64,000 nucleotides of DNA from Lytechinus pictus (lineage: Eukaryota), in assembly GCF_037042905.1 (NCBI RefSeq), contig NC_087252.1:17300001-17364000 (forward strand), given 5' to 3'. Made by a program: the position numbers and the translations under genes. This document shows, in pieces, positions 23,701 to 35,700 of the stretch. The notes beneath the pieces were generated by a model. It ran no database searches. It worked only from the letters and a program-made list of their open reading frames with translations, and was not told where the DNA came from. Every line of letters starts with the position of its first letter. Position 1 is the stretch's first letter.

Positions 23701-26700
23701 TTTTAGTACATCTAAGGCAAGTTTCATTAATTAATTAAAGAAATTAATGACATGTTACGTATGGGACATTTTGTCCCCATAGAGAACGTCCACAATTGTC
23801 CCCATAATTTCAAAAAATTTAAATAATTTAAAATATGGAAATAAGAGTTTTTTTCTTTTAAAATGTTCTATTGAGGCATATTTGATATGACTGAAAAGGA
23901 AATTAGCCATTTCAACAATTTTTTCTTGTTTTTCATGGTTTCAAGAATTTCTTATGTATTTCTATTGTTTTTCATTTTTTTCATATTTTTCAATTTTCAC
24001 AATTTTTTCGCATTGATTGTTTTCATCAATCAGTATTCATAACAAATCAGTCTTTAAAAACTAAAGAAAAGGTAAATAACCACTTTTTAGAGCACTCTTG
24101 AAATTTGTTTTTCTCCATTCACTTTGTACATAAATCTCCCCCATTGACAATGTGTGTATAAAATTAATGTCCCATACATAACATGTTGTCCTATACGTAA
24201 CAATTTTTAAATTAACTTTTGATTATAAAGTAAACTATATTTTAAAAACTTTTTGTGGTGTAACATTTTCATACTTAATAAATTAGAACTTCCCAGAGAT
24301 TCAATAATACAAGTATTGTATTATTACGTGGAGCGTTGTGGCCCAGTGTCAGATTAGTCTTCGGACTTTGAAACAGAGGGTCGTGGGTTCGAATCCCAGC
24401 CATGGCGTAATTTCCTTCAGCAAGAAACTGATCCACAATGTGCTGCACTCAACCCATGTGAGGTAAATGGGTACCGGTAGGAAGTAATTCCTTAAAAAGC
24501 TGTGTGCGCTATGAACGCCTAGCTTAGCTGGGTAATATAGGAGTGCCTTGAGCACCTAACAAGGTGGATATGTGCGCAATATAAATACCCTATATTATGA
24601 GAAATTACGTAAAAAACACTGTACTCAAAATGTTACGTATGGGACATTCTATCCTTGGACAAGTTCTAATTTGCATATTTAATTGGATGACACCACTTTC
24701 AATAGCAATAGGGGGTCCATGTCCCACCTATGACTAAATCTCACAAGTTTTGTCTTTATTTTCTATGACTTTTTATAATTGTCCCATGCGTAATGCCCAT
24801 TTTACCAATTATGCAAATTAGGTGCCCCAAATTAGCATAAATATGCATATTATCAAATTTTTCTTAATGAAATTTTAAAATTCAACATTTGGGCTTTCTT
24901 ACCCCACCAAAGATAACTTCTTAAATCAAAGATGAAATTTTGCCTTCTAGGGTGACCTTTTCTTGGACTTGCCCACTTGAGGTTGATGGGATCAACCATA
25001 ACTCTTTGTAAGACGGGGCCCAGAAACTTGTTGGACATAAAATGTTGAAGAATGGCACCCCTTGGACCCTTCTTACAAAGAATCGTGATTGATCAATTGC
25101 AATTCTTTGTATAATTAAGACAGGACCCTGAACTTATTTCTCTTAAAAACACTTCACAAAACCAGTGTAGAAGATATTTTTAATGGCATTTTCATGACCA
25201 TCTCCTGAACTAGTTTCCAGAAACTTTTCATAAAAAGTGGTCTTGATTTCTAAGAAAACACTCTCAGTGAGATCACATGTTTTGCGCAACATTCAAAACC
25301 GCAGTGTAGGCATGATAACAAATGTTGTACATATACACTTGTTGTATGGTATGTACCAAGTAGCACTTCCAAAATACACACACTATCATATTTGCGGGTG
25401 AAAACCACATCGCACATCGCGGGGTACATTTCCAAGCTGGTTTGCACTGAAGATCGCAGCTTTAAAGACCGCTCTGAGCGTTTCCATTAACCAGTGAACC
25501 ACTAAAGTGGTTTTAAGAAAGTAAGCCTATGAGATCAAAGTTATTGTCTATGAATGATATTGCTTGGTGTTATGGTGTTATAATAGATATGTTATGACTT
25601 TTGGTCCAATATGCATTATGGGCATGACAATCAATCTTTAGCCATGGTAAACATGTAGGTGTATGGTAGCTGATAATTTCATAATTCTATAAAACGTTTC
25701 ATGTAGTTGTTAATAATTTAATGCCATTTTAGGCCTGTAGCTCAGTAAAAATGCAACACTCTCGATCCAAATTGTATTTTATTCTTCGTTGACAAACTTT
25801 GAATGAATTTCATTTTATAAGGTTCAATAGAATTGGTGGGGACATAACAAAATCAGCTTCAATACTCATTGCATAGCCACATGCATAGAACTTCTTCACA
25901 ATAATATTGCAAAGCTTTAAAATATCATACATTTGTTGTTCCTTGTCCAATTTTGATGAAACTTTCAGTGTTTTGTTTGTCAGATTTTACTTTATATGTT
26001 CAAATCATATTATATGAGGCCTGGAGTAGCCCATTAAAAAGCTCATGAGTCATTGTTTCTTGGCATCTCGCCATTTAATATTTCCTCTACCTTGAATACA
26101 TTCATATCAGCTAGTCTGCCGTTGAACTCGAGATACCACTACAATATTGAAATAAAATTTTGATTGAAGAAAAAAAAAAAAAACACGACACATAACTGCT
26201 ATGCAAAAAAAAAGAAAATACCTTCTTTTCTCCCCTTACAAAATAAAAGTGCAGAGCTAAATGTAAACCAAATAAAAATATGAATAAAAAAAGAGCATTA
26301 CATAGACAGCATTTCCAATAGCTTTTCATAGTAGATTTGACAGTTGCCTCAGGGATAGTAAGATATGACGTATTGAGATAGTCGATTTGCTTTCAACACC
26401 CGGTTTGTGTTTGGGAATAAATGTAAAATTCATGTCATGCAGACGGCTATTGAATTATGGAAGTCACAGCCAACATCGCAAATGCTGAATTTTCACGCGA
26501 TATAGTCTGGCGATTCCATTGGATTGCAACTCTCTCCCTCTCTTTCTCTGGCTTTGTCCTTCACTTTGTTTCTATCTCTCAGTCTTTCTCTTTAATACTC
26601 TTTGTTTCTTTCTTCATCTCTGTCCATCTCTCGCTTTGATGTCCATGTGTCTGTTTCCCTTGGCTTTGTCTGTCCTTCTCCTTTTGTCTATCTCTCAGTC

Positions 26701-29700
26701 TTTCTCTTGCTCTTTGTGTCTTTCTTTTTCTCTGCTTGTCCGTGTTTCACTGTGTTTCACTTTACCCAACATGTATCTGTCTCTCTGTCTGTTTATGTGT
26801 GTGTGTCTCTCTGTGTCTCTCTCTCTGTTTGCCTATATGTTTCCTTGTCTATTGTTGTCTGTTTATGTCTGTCTGTCTTTCTGTCACTCTATCCCTCTCT
26901 CTCTTTTTCTGTGTGCCTGTCTGTCTCCTTTTCTTCCTCTTTCTCTGTGTGTGCCTCATTCTCTTTGATCCTCACTCATTTCCCGCACTGATATACAGAC
27001 TGTTTGCTTCCAGGTATAGCTTTGGAATGGTTGAAAGGTATTATATTATAAGTCATGGTTCATTGTTCACTCCTCTTCCCCTTTCTGTTTTCTCTTACCC
27101 CTTTCCATCTTCTTCTCATTACCCTTCCCACTTTTCCTTTCCTTCTCCCTCCCCTCCTTTCCCCCCTCCCCTAGTCTGCTGTGCAAACCCTTCACTTGAG
27201 TTAAGGGTCTGAATGTGAAGCCTACTCATGTCTTGTGTACTGAAGGCCCTCTCGCTCTCGCTGAATTGAAACATCAAGTTTTGTATGTGCTAGTCTTTGC
27301 GTGGAGACACACTTTGCTGATCAAAGTTTCAATCAGGGTCTGTGCCTGCAGACTATCCCTCCCCTCCATCTTCCCCCTCCTGTTCCCCTCTCTCTTTCCT
27401 CACTCTACCCCATTCTCACTGTCTCTATGGCTTAATACCAATTATTAATCTCCATCTCCACCATGTTTTCTCTTTCCTATGCCGTCTCTCACATTAGAAT
27501 GCAAGACGATATTAAATGGTCTATCTGGCTGTTTTCTACCCGGTGAATTAATCGCTATCATGGGACCGTCTGGAGCAGGGAAATCATCATTCATGAATGT
27601 ATTGGCTGGATACAAGTAAGAGTGTCATTATCATCAACCCTCTGCGTACCATGGCCCAGTTTTATAAAGACATTTCCCATTATTCTTACCATGGAAACCG
27701 TAGTGCTCGTTTTAACTGCAGACCTTTGAAGGCCATGGTCTGAGATGCTCTCAGAATGGCCTTGATGCCCTTCCAAGTATTTGTAGACTTTAGGCCAAAA
27801 TATGTGCCTGTCTTGTTTATGGACTTGGTGCCCTTTTGTTATCCAGTGCATGTGTCCCTCTTAACTATTGCCCTTTTATAATAGTTTGGATGCCCCTATA
27901 ATGAGCCCGTATATTCTTTTATTAAAGTGTCCTATTAAAAAAATGGCCATGCCACTTTGAATTCTTGATTTGAACCCTGATGAAACTTGATTGTGATTGG
28001 CAGCTTAGCCCTAATTCCATGGTAGTTGCCATAATGGCAAACTTAGCATAGTTTTAACTTAGATTTCGGCCCTTAGGGGTATTTTTACAAAGACTTACGT
28101 CTGAATTAAATAGAGTCATGCTTAAATACTGACGCACACGTGAAATGTAACAAGCAAACTTATTGATTAATACACAGCAGTGTGCGTACTCTTGGTATGA
28201 TTTGACCAATGCGGTGATTTAATTCAACGCACATCTGTTAATTTAAGTGTGACTCAAGTTCACACTTTAATTTTGTGAAACACCCTCCTTTCATTCAACG
28301 CACATCTGTTAATATAAGTGTGACTCAAGTTCACACTTTAATTTTGTGAAACACCCTCCTTTCATTCAACGCACATCTGTTAATTTAAGTGTGACTCAAG
28401 TTCACACTTTAATTTTGTGAAACACCCTCCTTTCATTCAACGCACATCTGTTAATATAAGTGTGACTCAAGTTCACACTTTAATTTTGTGAAACACCCTC
28501 CTTTCATTCAACGCACATCTGTTAATTTAAGTGTGACTCAAATTCACACTTTAATTTTGTGAAACACCCTCCTTTCATTCAACGCACATCTGTTAATTTA
28601 AGTGTGACTCAAATTCACACTTTAATTTTGTGAAACACCCTCCTGGTCCTGTATTACACACAAGTAATAGTGATTGATTGTATGAGTAATGCCCTCAATA
28701 TAGCATTCCCAATTTTTGTCTTTCTTTTCTCTTTCATTTTGACAGAACTACAATGACCAAGGGAACAGTGCTGGTGAATGGAGAGATTCGTGATCCTCAG
28801 TTGTTCAGAAGAATGTCTTGTTATATCATGCAAGACAGTCACTTATTACCACATCTTACCGTGAGGGAAGCCATGCACGTCGCAGCCGGACTGAAACTCC
28901 CTCGCAGAATGAAGTGGAGTGAGAAGAAGGTTGCGGTAAGGACCGAAAGAAAGATAGATTGATTTATCCACTTTGGATTAAAAGAAAGGTAGAAAGAAAG
29001 ATAGACAGATGGATTGGTAGGAAAATATATATAGATATGTAGATGGATACGTTGATAGATACATACATACATGCACCCGTACATACATACATACATTTTG
29101 ATAAATTGAAAAGAGAGATGTACACATAGATAGATGGACAGATGAATAAAAAGATGGATATATTATAAGGAAGAAGAAATATAACGAAGATGTATCCATG
29201 GAGATAGATAAAATGAAGATTTACAAGAGATAGAAACATGGCAATTCGGGTAGATTATATTGTGAGGGAAGCATAAGATATTGGCTGAAAATAGATTGAA
29301 CAATATTCAATGATAATGTTATACTAACTTGAAAGATGATGATGAAAAAAGGATGAAAAGATGAAAATCCTAAGTCTATTGTTCGAAATAGACATGAAAT
29401 GAAATACTCAGAAAATATGCTTTGCCCAATTGATCGTGGGCCCGGCAGCCACTGTACGCGCCAGATCAACGAGGCTCTATCCCTTTAATCGTTGAACGCC
29501 AAACAGGGTAGCAGCAACGCCCATCTTTTAACGTCATTTGGTCTGACGTAGCCGGGGTTTGAACCCCCGACCTCCCAATTGTGAGACGGACGCACTACCA
29601 ACTGAGCCAACACACCGGAAACGGATAAAGCTCATTATGATTCAAACAAGATCCCCCTCAAAAAAAAAGAAAAAAAATGGAACTTGCATGGCCTCTCTAA

Positions 29701-32700
29701 CTGCTGGTAAATACAGAACCTCAGATTGGAAATGCATGTTTTCCTGAAGCTTTTGTCATTGAAGATACCCTACAAAAACTTGATTGGGGGTGGTATGAAA
29801 AAGACATCTGGAATATGGGTCACTGTAAGTGAAGATCGTTGGTTTCCATGACAACGTGATGGAAGTGCTCGACCATCTCCATGACAATCACAGCTGCTAA
29901 AGATAGAACAGATAAACAGTTTGTTACAAATATGACAATCCACCTCAGAGAAAAAAAAAATGCCACAAAGCAGCTTGTGGCATAATTCTTGTAGGGGAAA
30001 AAAAGAATGATGTCTGGTGTCTGTGCGTGACACGACATTTGCTCCAGTCTAATTGGTTTAATGTGCAGATTTTCCATCGGAGCAATTGTCGCCGGAGCAA
30101 ATGTCATGGAACGGCAATATGAAGAGTATAAACCAAATTGGAATAATGGGTTTTTGCCACATGGATTTGATACATGTAGCTGCTATTGTCATTTTTTTTT
30201 TAATTGCTTTTTATGGATACCGTCACCATGGAAACTAGAATGAATACCTGCTGTTGCTTGACAATCATGCATTTGAATGCATTCATCTTTCGTAGTATAT
30301 AGAGGCAATGATTTGTAATCGGATTCCCACAGTTATTGTTCATCTAGGATGATTTATTGATAAGCACATCAAATTTTCTTGCTATTTTAAAATATGTATT
30401 ATGTTCAGCAAAGAATATGACACAATCCAACTTCCAATTATCTCTTTAAATTCTGTGTAGCTGTTTTCTGCTTATTTACCCATTTGTCATTTTCCCCATC
30501 TATCTTTCTGTCTTAATTTTCATTTACCCATCTGCCTATATATCTGACATGTATTTTATTTTGTCTTTCTTCCTATGCATATTGATATATTTTCATTATT
30601 TCTGTAGCAATTTTAGCTTTGATGTATCTGTCATAATAAAAATTAATATTTATCTCTTCATGAAGTGCTTATACATGAATTATATCTATATGACAAGATA
30701 AAATTGATTATTGCAATTGATATTTAAAGTGCTCATTACAACTGTTGGTGTAAAAAATGGTTTGCTCTAGAATTCCATTTACACTATTAAATTCAATTGC
30801 AAAGAATATACATATAAAATTCCATGTGTTCTATCTATCTATCCACATGTATCTATCTATCAATCTATCTGTCTGTCTGTCTGTCTGTCTATATATCTAT
30901 CTATGCATGTATCTATCTATCTACATGTATCTATTATCCATTTTCTATATATTCCTCTTTGATGAATGTCTTAAAAATATGTTATGTTTTGCTAAAATCA
31001 TATATATGTAAATCCATTGATTAATTTTTATATTAAAACATGTATATATTTTACCCTTCCGCTGCCTACTCTTTCAGTTTTACCTTAATTTATTGATCAA
31101 TCCAAGATCAGTTTAGATCCATCCATGTATATATGTTTAAAATTGTACTGCGTATCTATTTATTCTTTATTGGTCCTGGTGTTTCTCTGTCATTATTTGT
31201 AGATTGATGAGATTATGACCCTGCTTGGTCTTATGGAATGTGCTAAGACCAGGACCTCTCAGATCTCCGGAGGCCAGACAAAGAGACTTGCCATAGCCCA
31301 GGAACTGGTCAACAACCCGCCCATCATGTTCTTTGATGAACCTACCAGGTAATTAAGTGTGTGTGTGTGTATATGTGTACTTGAGTTTATTCAGATGTGT
31401 ATCAATCAGATATATGATTATATACGTCTTGGACTAACCTTAAACGTCACCATTCGAAAGACCTGACCAGTGCTCGATCCTCGAACCTCTGCATCAGCTT
31501 GTAACTTCCCCACATAGCTTGGATTACCGGCGCACGCCACAATGCCTAGTCCAGGATTAAGGACAAGAGAGGGCTCTAAAAATAATGTAACAACACTTTT
31601 GTAAGTTTTGAATTTTTGAATAATAGTCAAGTGTAATTCACACTGTTGAACCTTTACTAAAACTTGAGACATATTTCAAGTTTTGAAGGAAAGGGATCCT
31701 TGACAGTTAAACAAAATCAGCACTGTCAATGAAAGTTTTGAGATCATGGCATATTTCGGGGGACTCATTTTCTTTGTATTTTATTTACAAGTATTTCACA
31801 CTAAATCAACTGGGGAATCACATTACCTCCCTCTCCCCCCTCCCCCCCCCTGGTACGTTTAGGGAAATCTCAGATAAGAGATTAACAGGACATGGCTCAA
31901 TGTGTAATCATATTTTGGTAAAGAAAAAACAAACAGCAATACCGACTTTCATCGTAATTTATTTAAATTGGGGTTTATCATTTGAAATTATTAAATACTT
32001 AATTCTGGAACAAACATGTTACTTCGTAATCATTAATAGTGATATATATAAAACAATAGATATATATCAGTAAAAGAAAATACAAAAATGCATCAACAAT
32101 TAGAGGTTTAAAAAAAAATGAAGATGCAGCATGCTATAACCTGGCAACAGTTAGTATCATTTACTACACTTTATCTTAGATAATCATCTGAAAGTAGAAT
32201 CCATAGCAAATTTCTGTTCAAATATTACATTTGCTAAATCAAGTTTGATTGTAGCAAATCAGGTATAACACTAATTGTTGCAAGGAACAAATCAGCAATC
32301 AGTTACAAGATGGCAATTAAACACCAGACATGTGATTGATTTGGGACCCGAAATAGATCTTTGATTGATTGTGAACTTCATGCAGGTCTTATACAGCCTT
32401 CACAAGTCTCCAGTTTGATATGCGTGTAGCCATCCAGCTTGGTAGAATTAAAGGGGAATCTCACCCTTATGATAGCTGTTTTAATAAAAACTGAAAATTT
32501 TAAGAAAAACATTGGTGAAGTGTTGAAAAATTATTTCAACGAATAGGATTTTTCTGAATTTGCATATTTTTTTTACTTTGTAATGTCATATGCTAGCAGT
32601 TCCCGTATATCTTGTAATATATATTCCATAAATTCCATTTACTAGAACATGATGAATACATGTTTTTAAAGAGAAGGGGGTATGCAATGAGGTGCCTGAT

Positions 32701-35700
32701 GATATAACCACAGTAGAAAAACATTTTAAAGAAAATTCCATCTTGGGGAATTCATATCATGCAGCATATCAAAGAGCTGCTTGTCTGTGACATCACAAAA
32801 GTCATAAATAAAAAAAAATCATAACTGTTTTTCTTGGACAGATATTCATCAAGCATTCACCAATTTTTGTGCTTTCATGAAAACCAACTCATCATTAGGG
32901 TGAACTTCCCCTTCATAAAAAAAATACCTATAAGAATCTACAATCTGCAACTAACATAGACTACCACATTGCATCATATCTGTAGATGAACTATTTTTAT
33001 GATGTGTATTACAACAGATGGTTGTGAGATACTGGTGGGGTCTGACTTGCCTGTGGTTTTTATTACCAGATACCAGTGAAAATTACAAGGGCATGCAGAT
33101 GTTGCTGGTAGATTTGGATAACTGTTGCAATCTATTGTTCTCGATTTACATTCATGGTATCATATTAACCATACTACATGTTGCCAGGTGTTTTCATGTT
33201 TTAGTTTTGCCTGAATATCAGAAGCGAGACATAAGCATCGCTTTCTTGACTGGTGGCTGCGTCATTAGTATAAAAATCTCAACCACACTCAAGTTTATGT
33301 CCTCAAGCATCATGATCATAACTTTGAAAGCATAGTTATCTTTAACTTATTCTCAAAATTACAGTTTTATAATTGATTGTTACTATTTATTTTATGAAAA
33401 TTTGTTTATTCATTTATTTAGTTATTTATTTATTTAATCATTATTATTTATTTATTTAATTTATTTGTTTTGTTTTTGAGGGGGGGAGGGGGTGACGGGA
33501 GCAGCTAAAACATGTATTCAATATGATATGTTATTATTAAGGCACGGGATCTAGGGGTAATTGTCGAGAATGAATTAGGAATGAAGTCCCATGTTAACAA
33601 TATTTGTAGGGCTGCTGCAATTGGGTTACACAAAATTGGGAAAATGAGAAAATATCTTGATAGGAAAACAACAGAAAAGTTAGTACATGCCTTCATCTTA
33701 AGTCACTTACATAATAATAATAGTTTACTATTTGGAATACAGGAATCACTTCTCGATAAATTACAACATATCCAAAATTCTGCTGCAAGACTTGTAACTC
33801 GAAAAGGAAAGTTTGAACACATCACCCCTATTTTATCTGACCTTCATTGGCTACCCATTCGATCAAGGATCAAATATAAACTTCTCATATTAACATTCAA
33901 ATGTATTCATGGTATTGCCCCTGCTTATCTTCAAGAACTTGTCCAAATTCATAAACCCAAGCATAATCTCCGTTCTGGCTCACAAAATCTTCTCTCTGAA
34001 ATTACTGTCAAGACCAAATCATATGGGGATCGGGCTTTCCAAAAAGCTGCACCAGCACGATGGAATTCTCTACCAGCGACATTAAGAAATATTACCCAGC
34101 TTGAGAAATTCAAAGTACAATTAAAAACCCACCTCTTTCAGAATGTTTTAACTTAGTCACATGTAGGTCCAATCCATGTTTAATATTCTTTGATCTTATG
34201 TATAATTATTTGATGTCTAATTTTTAAATTCACAATTCTCACCACATTTCTCGCTTTCCTCGCGCATAGAGACCTGTAGGTGTTATGCGTATTTAAGAAC
34301 TGTACTATTACTGTTTATTATTATTATTATTATTATCTTTCGTGCTTGTTATCCATATGCCTGTGTCCTGAAATTGAAAAAGATCAGGAACAAAGTATAT
34401 ACAATTTATATATTCATATATACATGATTATATACAACTTGTCTTTTATTTCAATATTTGACATGTAAATATAGTAAGATTTTGTATTTCTCTCCTGTCT
34501 TTGTAGTGGCCTTGATAGCTTGTCAAGTCTGACATGTGTTAAACTCCTGAAGAGCTTAGCCCATGGAGGGAGAACAGTTATCTGCACGATCCACCAGCCT
34601 AGCGCCAAACTCTTTGAGATGTTTGATAAGGTATGTCTGACTTCGGCCATCGACTTGTTGACTACCAAATTATGTAATCCCCATAGTCTAGGGATGACCC
34701 AATTTCACTAGCTAATGTGTTACCTTAGGAGCATTTCATGAAACGTACACTGATTGGCTCCAACTATTTTCTTATGAGCCAATCAGAAGCAAGGATTTCA
34801 GTAGGTTATAACAACTAGTTGGTGATAAGCACAGTTGTTTGTTTCATGAATTGTTGCCTTGATTGACTGCCGAGTTCTCTGATTCCTATACATTTTGTAC
34901 AGGGACCACAAGGTTCTAGTAAGCAACTGGTTAACCTGTTGACTACTGAGTTCTGTGATTCCTATAGGCATTGTTCAGGGATCACCAGGTTCTAGAATGG
35001 ATTAACCTATTGACTACTGAGTTTGTGATTCCGTACACTTTTTCATGTATAAATATTTTGCTAGTTGGAATACTGCATATAGTTATGAATATAGAAGTAC
35101 ACACAAGACCTAAATTCGTAAATTTTAAACTGATTGCATTTTAAGTCTAGTGATTGGATAGAATGCTGTGGAGCTTTTCATGATAAGCAAATGATTTATC
35201 TGACTAATTAGATCTTAGCCAATCAGATGCAAGGATTTGCACTAGCTTACAAAATCTGTCTGTCGAATGACTAATAACTAACAATATTTTTCATGAAGCA
35301 CCCCCATCTAACCTTATGGTAGAATGCAGGCTGATTGATATGACACCCCCACCCCCCCCCCAAAAAAAAAAAAAAAGATGTAAATGAATGAATGAATAAA
35401 ATAAAATAATGTGAAATAAAATAAATAAATAAAATCAGATAAATAGATGAATATAATAAAGCAAATAAAAAATTAATTAATGAATAATGGAATACAATAA
35501 AGTAAAAATATAAAGGGAAATGAAAAAATAAGTGAATAAAAAAATAAATAATAAAACACATAAAAAAAATCAGGTGAATAACAGAATTATTCTTTATGCC
35601 TGATATATTTGATTTATCTGCACTGGTTTAGTATTGCTGTTACATGTTATGTTCAAGGAGTCCTTCAACTGTAAAAATGATAAGATGAATTACAGTTTTA

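Noticed and set aside
24328..24402. tRNA gene
   Set aside because: A and B boxes are followed by a SINE body and tail; related copies at 4697-4900 and 20280-20515.
26457..27212. Overlapping 130-158-aa hydrophobic ORFs
   Set aside because: CT-rich low-complexity sequence lacking stop codons by composition.
33581..34156. Nested host gene in an intron
   Set aside because: C-terminal part of a LINE ORF2, 5'-truncated before the RT catalytic core, with a simple-repeat tail.
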